This document shows, one piece after another, positions 43,490 through 53,651 of a stretch of DNA of 64,000 nt. The notes beneath the pieces are model-generated. The model did not search any database and was not told where the DNA came from. It saw only the letters and a list, made by a program, of their open reading frames with translations. The stretch covers positions 3,695-67,694 of the forward strand of contig MHJJ01000014.1 in NCBI GenBank assembly GCA_001817915.1, read 5' to 3'. This stretch comes from Candidatus Harrisonbacteria bacterium RIFCSPLOWO2_01_FULL_44_18. Lineage in GTDB: Bacteria; Patescibacteriota; Minisyncoccia; UBA6257; WO2-44-18. The stretch's first letter is position 1, and each line of letters starts with the position of its first letter. The translations under genes and the position numbers were made by a program.

Positions 43490-43543
43490 GCGGAAGCGCG
43501 CTATTCGGATGCATAAGGTCGAAAAAATGTTATAATTTTAATT

Positions 43544-43843
43544 ATGGAAGATAAATTTCAGCTTTATAGAAAATGGTTTTGGGTCGGGATTGCTGTCGGG
43601 GCCTTGAATATGCTGTTGGGGATAATATACGGGATAGCCGTTTGGACGGAGCCGCCCGGGCATCGCAAGGAAGGAGTAATAATTATTTTTTGGTCAGTTC
43701 TGGCGTTTCTATTCCTGTATTATGTTGTCGGTCCTTGGTTGGCTGAATTGGGAGTTTTGCCGAATTTAGTTCTTGTCCCGGAACAAGTCGGTCAGCAACC
43801 CGGAGTCGTGCCGACATTGCCTACTTTGCCAGCCGCGCAATAG
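43544..43843 (+). CDS. hypothetical membrane protein
   Basis: 99 aa with 2 TM segments. Confidence 0.5.
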   Translation: MEDKFQLYRKWFWVGIAVGALNMLLGIIYGIAVWTEPPGHRKEGVIIIFWSVLAFLFLYYVVGPWLAELGVLPNLVLVPEQVGQQPGVVPTLPTLPAAQ

Positions 43844-43847
43844 AGTT

Positions 43848-44225
43848 ATGAATAGGGGGCAAGTTATGTTAATGACGGTGCTGGTTTTGAGCGGCACTAT
43901 TTTAGTAGCCACCACAATCGCGGGGCTTCTAATGCTTTATCAAATCAGGCAATCGGTTAATGTCAGCCAATCGGCGCAGGCGATTTTTGCCGCCGATGCC
44001 GGTTTGGAATGGGAATTGTACCGACATTACAGGGATCCCGTCTATCAGAGGCCCAGCTTGACTAACGGAGCTGATTTTACAACGACTTTAATTCCTGACG
44101 GCATTCCTTCATTAGCCAATGTTTCGGTAAAATCTGTCGGAAAGGCGGGCGCGACTGGTCAAACAGCCAGAGCTTTTCAGCTTTTATTTTCGGCATTTCC
44201 GGCTACTACGCCGCCGACGCCTTAG
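43848..44225 (+). CDS. PilX-like minor pilin candidate
   Basis: MNRG/QVMLMTVLVLSGTILVATTIAG has a hydrophobic N-terminus but no Glu5. Start chosen inside the longer ORF. Confidence 0.5.
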   Translation: MNRGQVMLMTVLVLSGTILVATTIAGLLMLYQIRQSVNVSQSAQAIFAADAGLEWELYRHYRDPVYQRPSLTNGADFTTTLIPDGIPSLANVSVKSVGKAGATGQTARAFQLLFSAFPATTPPTP

Positions 44226-44263
44226 TCGCCGAGCTATCGCATTATCTAGATTCATAATTTTCC

Positions 44264-44433
44264 GTTCTCACCAGATATTTTTCTCTTGCCCTCGCGACCT
44301 GCTTCGCGCGTTTAACGCCGCTATTTCCGGCCCTCCCGACGCGTATCGGGAGAAGGACGTTTCGCTCCCGAAAATAGCGGCTACGCGCTCGCGGTATCCC
44401 GCTCGGGTCGCGTTCAGAAAATCTGGTGGGAAC
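44264..44433. repeat. compound nested palindrome N7
   Basis: Arms gttctcaccagat../..atctggtgggaac, gccgctattt/aaatagcggc and ctcccga/tcgggag. Confidence 0.75.
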
Positions 44434-44467
44434 TAACCACTCCACGTTTTATCCATAAACCTGCTAA

Positions 44468-46531
<2,064 letters not shown>

Positions 46532-46581
46532 TTACAACCGGGTATATTTATTTAGTTCATTGAAATCTTTTAGGAGCTACC

Positions 46582-46932
46582 GTGCGCATTGTAGGTCTAG
46601 GCAGACGGGCTTTGTTTCTTATCCCTTCAGTAAAAGTTTATAATCCGAAACATTCTAAGACTCGTCAAAGTATTGCCAAGACAATTCATAATTTCTTATT
46701 GGCGACATTCGGGGGTTATACTTGCGCCTCCGGAAATATTTACGGCTATTATAGTTCAGAGGCCGCGGAGTATGACGAATTGCGGGAGTTTCGAGTAGGA
46801 TTTAAAGAAGACGAAAAGAAAACAAAAGTTCCGCTTCTTCAAGAGTTTCTTGCAAAAATTTGTGAAGATATTGGCGAAGAGTGTATTTATTTGGAGTGCG
46901 GCGAAGACGCGATGTTGGTTTATCCGAGGTGA
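46582..46932 (+). CDS. hypothetical protein (first gene of an orphan pair)
   Basis: 116 aa with a GTG start behind AGGAG. No recognisable family. Confidence 0.45.
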   Translation: MRIVGLGRRALFLIPSVKVYNPKHSKTRQSIAKTIHNFLLATFGGYTCASGNIYGYYSSEAAEYDELREFRVGFKEDEKKTKVPLLQEFLAKICEDIGEECIYLECGEDAMLVYPR

Positions 46933-46934
46933 CT

Positions 46935-47378
46935 ATGGCTTTCTTGATTCAGTTTCAGCGTCGGGCGATTGAAAGCTTGAAATCGCATCTTTTTCGGCCG
47001 CGGCACGCGATTGAAGATATTCATCACTTGCGGTCAGTTATTTCGGGCAATTTCACCTGTGACGGAGTATCGCTTGACATACTGGGCGTGAGCAAGGGAG
47101 TCGGTACCTGCTCGGATATTCACGGAATGGATGTTTTGGTTTTGGGATGGAGTAAAAGTCATAGATGCCGCGCGGCCAACGAGATATCGCTTGAGAAGAT
47201 CAAGCGTTGCGCTTACGCGGTTCTATTGCGCCAAGCAACCGAAGAGGAAGCGAAAAGCCAGCATTTTGCTCCCGATGTCGCTGTTTTATGCGTTGAATTA
47301 TTGAGAATAACAGATATCGCGTCCGACTATACCAATTTTCAATCAACCGGCCTTTACGCTTGCTATGCCGCGATATAG
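46935..47378 (+). CDS. hypothetical protein (second gene of an orphan pair)
   Basis: 147 aa. The ATG lies 2 nt after the upstream stop and behind GAGGTG. No recognisable family. Confidence 0.45.
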   Translation: MAFLIQFQRRAIESLKSHLFRPRHAIEDIHHLRSVISGNFTCDGVSLDILGVSKGVGTCSDIHGMDVLVLGWSKSHRCRAANEISLEKIKRCAYAVLLRQATEEEAKSQHFAPDVAVLCVELLRITDIASDYTNFQSTGLYACYAAI

Positions 47379-47385
47379 TTTTTGC

Positions 47386-47447
47386 TAAACCCCCACACCA
47401 AATGAGTTTCAAGATTCTATAAAAACTCGTTATGGTGTGGGGGTAAA
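47386..47447. repeat. palindromic element family A, copy 3 (intergenic)
   Basis: taaacccccacaccaaatgagttt...aaactcgttatggtgtgggggtaaa has the same arms as the two tatD inserts. Confidence 0.9.
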
Positions 47448-47468
47448 CCCGCCTTCGAGCGGGTTTTA
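47446..47468 (+). terminator. intrinsic terminator
   Basis: Stem aacccgc / gcgggtt followed by tttt. Confidence 0.65.
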
Positions 47469-47509
47469 TTATTATTGACTAGTATCGCGGCTGGGAGTAT
47501 TTTTAAGAC

Positions 47510-48664
47510 ATGTTTATCACTTCGGAATCAGTTACCGAAGGCCATCCCGACAAGATGGCCGATCAGATTTCCGATGCCATTTTAGACGAAGTTTTAAGGC
47601 GCGACCCTTATGGCCGCGTGGCTGTTGAAACTCTTCTTACTAAAAATTTAGCGGTTATTGCCGGCGAGGTGACCACGCGCCATCGTTTTGACGCTGAAAA
47701 AATCGCGCGCAAAGTTATCAAAGAAATTGGCTATATCGATTCTGCCTATGGTTTTGATTCCAAGACTTCAAAAGTCCAAGTATTTTTAAATCAGCAATCG
47801 CCGGATATTGCTCAAGGAGTAAGTCAATATCGCGAGGAAAAACCGGAAAGCGTGGGCGCCGGCGATCAGGGCATTATGTATGGCTATGCCACGAATGAGA
47901 CGCCGGCTCTAATGCCGCTGCCGATTTTTTTAGCCCATAATTTAACTCGCCGTTTAGCCGAGGTTAGAAAAAAGGGAATTTTGAAATATTTAAGGCCAGA
48001 TGGTAAGGCGCAGGTAACAATTGAATATCAAAACGGCCGGCCCCGGCGAGCGCATACGATCTTGATCTCAACTCAGCACGCGCCGGAAGTGAAGCACGAG
48101 CAGATTAAAAAAGATGTTATCAATAAAGTAGTGGGCGCGGTTTTGTCAAAGAAATTAGTTGATAAAAATACGCGATTTTTGGTTAATCCGACCGGCCGTT
48201 TCGTAATCGGCGGGCCGGAAGGGGACACCGGTCTTACGGGGCGAAAAATAATCGTTGATACTTATGGTGGAGTTGCTTCTCATGGCGGCGGCGCTTTTTC
48301 CGGCAAGGATCCGACAAAAGTTGATCGCTCCGCCGCTTACGCCGCGCGATGGGTGGCTAAAAATATCATTGCCGCCGGTTTAGCCGATAAAGTCCAAACG
48401 CAAGTGGCTTATGCCATTGGCATTCCAGAGCCGTTGGCGGTGAATATTGATACTTTTGGCACGGGTAAAATACCAGACGAGAAATTGTCCGGAGTTGTCG
48501 CCGAAGTTTTTGATTTGCGCCCCGGAATGATTATTAAAAACCTGCGGCTCCGCCGGCCAATTTATCGCCAAGTGGCCGCTTATGGACATTTTGGAAGAAT
48601 TGATCTTGATTTACCCTGGGAAAAAACCGATAAAGTAGGGGAGCTGAAAAGACGGTTAAAGTAG
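47510..48664 (+). CDS. metK: S-adenosylmethionine synthetase
   Basis: 384 aa with the [30 protein letters not shown] and GGGAFSGKD motifs. Confidence 0.95.
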   Translation: MFITSESVTEGHPDKMADQISDAILDEVLRRDPYGRVAVETLLTKNLAVIAGEVTTRHRFDAEKIARKVIKEIGYIDSAYGFDSKTSKVQVFLNQQSPDIAQGVSQYREEKPESVGAGDQGIMYGYATNETPALMPLPIFLAHNLTRRLAEVRKKGILKYLRPDGKAQVTIEYQNGRPRRAHTILISTQHAPEVKHEQIKKDVINKVVGAVLSKKLVDKNTRFLVNPTGRFVIGGPEGDTGLTGRKIIVDTYGGVASHGGGAFSGKDPTKVDRSAAYAARWVAKNIIAAGLADKVQTQVAYAIGIPEPLAVNIDTFGTGKIPDEKLSGVVAEVFDLRPGMIIKNLRLRRPIYRQVAAYGHFGRIDLDLPWEKTDKVGELKRRLK

Positions 48665-48681
48665 CGTCAATCCCGCGCCTA

Positions 48682-48751
48682 GGAGAGCAGGATTCGAACT
48701 AGCGTCAAATTTAGAAGAGAGAATTTGAGCCAAGTTCGAATCCTGCTCTCC
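48682..48751. repeat. 19-bp-stem hairpin related to N4 (probable metK terminator)
   Basis: Stem ggagagcaggattcgaact / agttcgaatcctgctctcc. The loop shares sequence with 24444-24713. Confidence 0.85.
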
Positions 48752-48810
48752 TATTATCCGCCTAAATGGCGGATTTTTGTTTTTGAATAAACAAGTTATA
48801 ATTAAACTTA

Positions 48811-49110
48811 ATGGCTGAAATTAACAAAAAATCCTTGGAGCATTTGGCCGATTTGGCGCGGTTGGAGCTTTCCGGAAAAGAAAGCGAGAGTTTTTTAGTT
48901 GATCTGCAAAAAATTCTTGATCATTTTAATGAATTGCAAGAACTAAACACCGAAGAGGTTCAGCCGATGACTGGAGGGACAATGTCTAAAAATGTTATGC
49001 GCGAAGACGAAATTTTTAAAGAAGACCATTACACTGATGCCGGAAAGTTGGCCGAGCAATTTCCTGAACGCCAAGACGGGTTTTTGAAAATACCCCCGGT
49101 GTTTGAATAA
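48811..49110 (+). CDS. gatC: Asp/Glu-tRNA(Asn/Gln) amidotransferase subunit C
   Basis: 99 aa. Contains LADLARLELSGKE...LQKILDHFNEL, typical of GatC, and sits upstream of gatA. Confidence 0.85.
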   Translation: MAEINKKSLEHLADLARLELSGKESESFLVDLQKILDHFNELQELNTEEVQPMTGGTMSKNVMREDEIFKEDHYTDAGKLAEQFPERQDGFLKIPPVFE

Positions 49111-49196
49111 ACTCCACCAATATGACTAATCAAGCACCAATATGCCAATATGCGAATTCGTATATTCGCGCTATATTCGTATATTAGTGAAGTTTT
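49111..49196. repeat. stop-to-start junction repeat (actccaccaatat family), copy 1
   Basis: Shares actccaccaatat..ctaatcaagcaccaatat...attcgtatattcgcgctatattcg with 63817-63893. Confidence 0.85.
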
Positions 49197-50672
49197 ATGC
49201 ACTTACACGATTTAACAATCAAAAAGTTCCACGAAGGTTTACTAAAAAAAGATTTTTCCGCGCTGGAAATAACGAAGGAATTTTTTGATTACATTGAAGT
49301 TAAGGATAAAGAAATTGGGGCTTATCTTTCCTTGGCCAAAGACGAAGCATTTTTGCGGGCCGAAAAAGCAGATTTAAAAATTGCCAAAGACGAACCGATG
49401 GACGCGCTGAGCGGGGTGCCGCTCGCGATCAAAGACAATATTTTGATTGATGGCCAGCCGGCTACTGCCGCATCTAAAATTTTGGAAAATTATAAGGCGG
49501 TTTATGACGCAACGGTAATTAAGAAATTAAAAGCCGTTGGAGCGGTTTTCCTTGGCAAAACTAATATGGACGAGTTTGCCATGGGTTCTTCGACAGAAAA
49601 TTCCGGATTTAAATTAACTAAGAATCCTTATGATTTGGAACGAGTTCCGGGAGGGTCTTCCGGCGGTTCGGCAGCCGCGGTTGCCGCCCATATGGCAGTG
49701 GCCGCCTTTGGTTCTGATACCGGCGGTTCAATTCGACAGCCAGCCAGTTTCTGCGGTGTTGTCGGATTAAAGCCGACTTATGGAGCGGTTTCTCGACATG
49801 GATTGATCGCGATGGCTTCAAGCTTGGATCAGATCGGCCCTTTTACGAAAACCGTTGAAGACGCGGCGATTTTATTTAAAACTATTGCCGGAAAAGATCA
49901 GTTTGATTCTACCAGCGTTGAAACAAATTATAATGATGAATTATTAAATCCAAAGCTTGAAGATGTTAAAAAACTGACCGTCGGTCTGCCGGAAGAATAT
50001 TTTATAAGCGGCGTTGAGCCAGGCGTCATTAAAGCAGTTGAATCGGCAATCAATCAATTCAAAAGTTTGGGGATTAATTTTAAAAAAATCAGTTTGCCGC
50101 ACACCAAATACGCCTTATCTTGCTACTATATCATTATGCCCGCGGAAGTTAGCGCCAATTTAGCTCGTTTTGATGGTATAAGATATTCCAAAATCCAAAA
50201 TCCAAAATCCAAAATCCAAAACTTGCTGGAATTGTATAAAAGACAGCGCAGCGAAGGATTCGGGCCGGAAGTGAAGCGAAGAATTATTCTGGGAACTTTT
50301 GTTTTATCATCCGGATATTACGATGCTTACTATGCCAAAGCGCAGAAGGCGCGCGCGCTGATCAAAAAAGATTTTGATGAAGCATTCAAAGAAGTAGATG
50401 TTATTCTTACTCCGGTCGCGCCAACGCCGGCATTCAAATTCGGAGAAAAAACCAGCGACCCATTGGCGATGTACCTTTCTGACATATTTACCATTCCAGT
50501 CAATCTTGCTGGCTTACCCGCTATTTCGATACCAGTGAAACAAGCGACAAGCGACATGTCGCGCGTCACAAGTCATAAGCCACTGCCTATCGGTTTTCAA
50601 TTGATTGGCAAACATTGGCGAGAGGCCGATATTTTGGGGATGGGGATGTTTTATGAAAGATTACAAATTTAA
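49197..50672 (+). CDS. gatA: Asp/Glu-tRNA(Asn/Gln) amidotransferase subunit A
   Basis: 491 aa with the amidase signature GGSSGGSAAAVAA..GSDTGGSIRQPA. Inserts at 50187-50221 and 50544-50570. Confidence 0.93.
   Translation: MHLHDLTIKKFHEGLLKKDFSALEITKEFFDYIEVKDKEIGAYLSLAKDEAFLRAEKADLKIAKDEPMDALSGVPLAIKDNILIDGQPATAASKILENYKAVYDATVIKKLKAVGAVFLGKTNMDEFAMGSSTENSGFKLTKNPYDLERVPGGSSGGSAAAVAAHMAVAAFGSDTGGSIRQPASFCGVVGLKPTYGAVSRHGLIAMASSLDQIGPFTKTVEDAAILFKTIAGKDQFDSTSVETNYNDELLNPKLEDVKKLTVGLPEEYFISGVEPGVIKAVESAINQFKSLGINFKKISLPHTKYALSCYYIIMPAEVSANLARFDGIRYSKIQNPKSKIQNLLELYKRQRSEGFGPEVKRRIILGTFVLSSGYYDAYYAKAQKARALIKKDFDEAFKEVDVILTPVAPTPAFKFGEKTSDPLAMYLSDIFTIPVNLAGLPAISIPVKQATSDMSRVTSHKPLPIGFQLIGKHWREADILGMGMFYERLQI
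50187..50221. repeat. heptanucleotide tandem repeat TCCAAAA x5 inside gatA
   Basis: Read directly; encodes SKIQNPKSKIQN. The same heptamer occurs x4 in pheT. Confidence 0.95.
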
Positions 50673-50688
50673 TTAAATTTGTAAAAAT

Positions 50689-51219
50689 ATGACAAACAAA
50701 GTTATTCAATTTTCAATTCAAGCCAGCGGGATTATTGGGAATTTTTTAGATGAAAATCTTCTCTGGCTGCGGATCGTTTCGTTTATTATTTCCGGCCTGC
50801 TTTTGTGGGGAATTATTTATTGTATTTTAGGCAGCAGTTATCTTAAAACTAAAACCGATCAGTGGATGGATTTTTTGGGAGTGGGAGACGTAGGCCGCCG
50901 CAGGCAGTTGCGCGGATGGAGACAAATTAAAAAGCGATTGAAAACCGACGAAATGACAAATTGGAAATTAGCGATAGCAGAAGCGGATAAAATTCTAGAC
51001 GAGATTTTTAAAATGAGCGGTCTGCGCGGGGAAACGACGGAAGATCGTTTTAAGCAAGTCGCGCCAACCCAACTTTCTAACATTGAAGAGATTATGCAAG
51101 CTCATAAATTGCGCGATCGGGTTATGCGCGAGCCGGATTTTGTTATTAGTCAGGAGGAAGCTGGAGCCGCCATTGCTATTTATCAAAAAGCTTTCAAGAA
51201 ACTTGGTTTGCTTGACTAA
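50689..51219 (+). CDS. hypothetical membrane protein
   Basis: 176 aa with one TM segment (WLRIVSFIISGLLLWGIIYCIL). Confidence 0.55.
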   Translation: MTNKVIQFSIQASGIIGNFLDENLLWLRIVSFIISGLLLWGIIYCILGSSYLKTKTDQWMDFLGVGDVGRRRQLRGWRQIKKRLKTDEMTNWKLAIAEADKILDEIFKMSGLRGETTEDRFKQVAPTQLSNIEEIMQAHKLRDRVMREPDFVISQEEAGAAIAIYQKAFKKLGLLD

Positions 51220-51296
51220 TATATAATAATTCCGCTAAAATTTCTAAAGTTCCTTAGTTCCTTGCGTCAAAGATTTATATAAAGGGAGGTGGCAGG

Positions 51297-51557
51297 ATGG
51301 CCGAGGACAGACCAGTGAATGTTGGTGTTACTATTATGGTTTTTTGTCAATTTAAGGGAAAACTTGCTCGCGCCTTTGTGTCCGAGGAAACGCATACGAG
51401 ATTAAGAAAGATAATTAATTATGGCCGGTTTGACGGCCGGAAAGAATGGAGTTTGGTAGGGATTTTGCGAAGGGCATTTACGTTATATGGCATTTCTGAA
51501 AACGCGATCAAAAAATATCTTGATGAGCTTGAAAGGAAGATAAGAGACGATAAATGA
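51297..51557 (+). CDS. hypothetical small protein
   Basis: 86 aa with a strong RBS, AAGGGAGGTGGCAGG-ATG. A terminator hairpin (cacccTAACgggtg + T-run) follows at about 51588-51610. Confidence 0.5.
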   Translation: MAEDRPVNVGVTIMVFCQFKGKLARAFVSEETHTRLRKIINYGRFDGRKEWSLVGILRRAFTLYGISENAIKKYLDELERKIRDDK

Positions 51558-51623
51558 GCGATGAACAGGGCCCAGCCGTAATTTCAAAACACCCTAACGG
51601 GTGCTTTTTGTTTCAGCAGTCTG

Positions 51624-51698
51624 CGCGGGCGGCCGGATTTGAACCGGTGACCTTCCGCGTGACAGGCGGACGCTCTAACCAGACTGAGCTACGCCCGC
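51624..51698 (-). tRNA. tRNA-Asp(GUC)
   Basis: GCGGGCG-TA-GCTC-AGTCTGGTTA-GAGC-G-TCCGC-CTGTCAC-GCGGA-AGGTC-ACCGG-TTCAAAT-CCGGC-CGCCCGC-G. Flanked by an 11-bp inverted repeat. Confidence 0.88.
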
Positions 51699-51728
51699 GC
51701 AGATTGCTGGAATACCTTTGTTAATATA

Positions 51729-53078
51729 CTATTTTTTAATTTGTTTTACAATTTTTTTGAATTTTCTTCCGCGATCTTTATAATCTTTGAACATGTCAAA
51801 ACTGGCGGCGCCGGGAGAAAAGACGATAGTAACTGGCAATCGGTAATCGGCAATTAGAGACTTCGCAGTTTTATATGCAATTTTAATAGCAGATTCTAAA
51901 TTGCCGCCTTTTCTAATTACTATTTTCTGGTTACTAATTACTGAGGCTATTTTATTTTTATTTTCGCCAAAAAGCATAACAGCTTTGACATTGCAGGCTT
52001 TTTTAATGGCATCGGCAAGAGGTTTATAATTGAGATTTTTATCTTTTCCGCCGGCAATCAAAATGGTTAATTGGTTTGTTGATTGGCTGGTTATTTGGTT
52101 ATTAGAAAAGGAAAGAACGGCGGCGGCGGAAGTTTGCGGATTGGTGCTCGCGGAATCATTGTAAAAATCTATTCTAGAATTCATTCCAACGTTCTTAAGA
52201 ACGTTGGAATGAATTTTTATACCGCGGACGAATTCCAGCCGATGCTCTATTCCTTTAAATTCCGCGATTGTTTTATCAATGATATGGTCGGGACAGTCCA
52301 GATTTTGGGCGATTGCTTTTGCCATCGCGGCGTTTTTTTGATTATGATCGCCCGGGATTTGCAGACCGGGTAGGCCAATGTTTTCCGGAGAAACGGGGAT
52401 TTTTCGAGCAGGCGATTGATCGGCAATCCATTTTGAAAACTTGTTATCAGAGGAATAAAATATCTTATCTTGTTTTGAATTCTGAAAACGGCCGATGTTA
52501 GCTTTGGCATTAATATATTCTTTGAAATTTTTGTGACTATCTAGGTGATCGGGGAAAATATCTAAAATCGCCGCCAATCGCGGAGATTTCGCGAGGTCTT
52601 GGAGTTGAAAACTAGAGAGTTCCAGAATAACCATTGTTCGAGAATCAATTTTTGGCAATATTTCCAGCGCCGACTTGCCGATATTTCCAGCCAAGGCCGC
52701 CTTAAATCCGGAGTTTTTGAGAATTTGATAAAGCAATGTGGCAGTTGTGCCCTTCCCCTTGGTGCCCGTTATTCCGATGACGATTTGTCCGTGATGTCCG
52801 TGTTCAGTCCGCGTGGTTCCGTGAAGTTGTTCAAAGAACAACTTAGTGGCGCTGGAGAAACGAATCCCTTTTTTGATGGCGCGCTGAATCTGCGGTAAAT
52901 TGTACGGCACTCCCGGCGAGCGAAAAACAACATCAAACTTGTCGAGATTTTTTAAATAATTTTTGTCCCGTTTTTGATCCAGAATTTCAATTTTTGCTCC
53001 GCCATAAATCGGCGAGCGTTTCAAGAATTTGAGCGTTGATTTTCCTTCTATTCCAAAGCCCAGAATCGCGATCTTCAT
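51729..53078 (-). CDS. murD: UDP-N-acetylmuramoylalanine--D-glutamate ligase
   Basis: 449 aa with the Mur ligase P-loop GITGTKGKGTTATLL. Contains a 36-bp perfect palindrome in frame. Confidence 0.88.
   Translation of the reverse strand: MKIAILGFGIEGKSTLKFLKRSPIYGGAKIEILDQKRDKNYLKNLDKFDVVFRSPGVPYNLPQIQRAIKKGIRFSSATKLFFEQLHGTTRTEHGHHGQIVIGITGTKGKGTTATLLYQILKNSGFKAALAGNIGKSALEILPKIDSRTMVILELSSFQLQDLAKSPRLAAILDIFPDHLDSHKNFKEYINAKANIGRFQNSKQDKIFYSSDNKFSKWIADQSPARKIPVSPENIGLPGLQIPGDHNQKNAAMAKAIAQNLDCPDHIIDKTIAEFKGIEHRLEFVRGIKIHSNVLKNVGMNSRIDFYNDSASTNPQTSAAAVLSFSNNQITSQSTNQLTILIAGGKDKNLNYKPLADAIKKACNVKAVMLFGENKNKIASVISNQKIVIRKGGNLESAIKIAYKTAKSLIADYRLPVTIVFSPGAASFDMFKDYKDRGRKFKKIVKQIKK
52179..52214. 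repeat. 36-bp perfect palindrome inside murD
   Basis: attcattccaacgttctt|aagaacgttggaatgaat is 12 codons and encodes IHSNVLKNVGMN. A diverged copy lies at about 54665-54700. Confidence 0.95.
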
Positions 53079-53131
53079 ATTTACACAATATACAAAAAAC
53101 TCGCCCGTGGCGAGTTAGAGATAGCTAGAAT

Positions 53132-53566
53132 CTAGATAATTCTTTTTACTAAAACCACCGGATGTTTTGTTCCGGGAACGGGTTTTATTTCTACGCCTCT
53201 TTTGCTTGAACAATGAGTCATGTGCCTGTTTCCGATATATATTGCCACGTGGCCAATCAGCAATTCCCGATTGTCTAGAATAACTGTCCGAGGTCTGTGT
53301 CCTTTGAAAAACAATAAATCGCCGATTTCCCAAAGTTCGGGATTGCCAACCGCGACTTCTTTTCCGCAAAGTGCCTGAAGATTGGAACTGCGCGCCAGAT
53401 TGATTCCGAATTTTCCAAATATATATTTTACGAACAAGGAGCAATCGAAATAATTTGGCGTATCCTCGTTTTTCGCGCCGTATTTATAAGGCCTACCTAA
53501 CAGCTTAACTGATTCCAGGATTATTTTTTTCTGGATATTTCGTTTCGGCTTTTCGCTGGGCGTCAC
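53132..53566 (-). CDS. NlpC/P60 (C40) family peptidoglycan peptidase
   Basis: 144 aa. The nucleophile context is YFDCSLFVKYIF, followed by IGHVAIYIG..H. Confidence 0.8.
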   Translation of the reverse strand: MTPSEKPKRNIQKKIILESVKLLGRPYKYGAKNEDTPNYFDCSLFVKYIFGKFGINLARSSNLQALCGKEVAVGNPELWEIGDLLFFKGHRPRTVILDNRELLIGHVAIYIGNRHMTHCSSKRGVEIKPVPGTKHPVVLVKRII

Positions 53567-53616
53567 CGGTGCCTCTTTAAAGGGCTAATTATCATTTTAT
53601 CGAGACCCCATAAGGC

Positions 53617-53646
53617 TTGTCAATCGCAAGGATAGTTTGATATAAT
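53617..53646 (+). promoter_or_regulatory. sigma70-like promoter TTGTCA-18-TATAAT for the tRNA-fMet/Met cluster
   Basis: TTGTCAatcgcaaggatagtttgaTATAAT ends 5 nt before the tRNA 5' end. Confidence 0.6.
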
Positions 53647-53651
53647 ATTCT

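Noticed and set aside
44242-44445. 67-aa minus-strand ORF between the pilus locus and ligA.
   Set aside because: It lies wholly within nested palindrome N7, is Arg-rich and low in complexity, and has no RBS.
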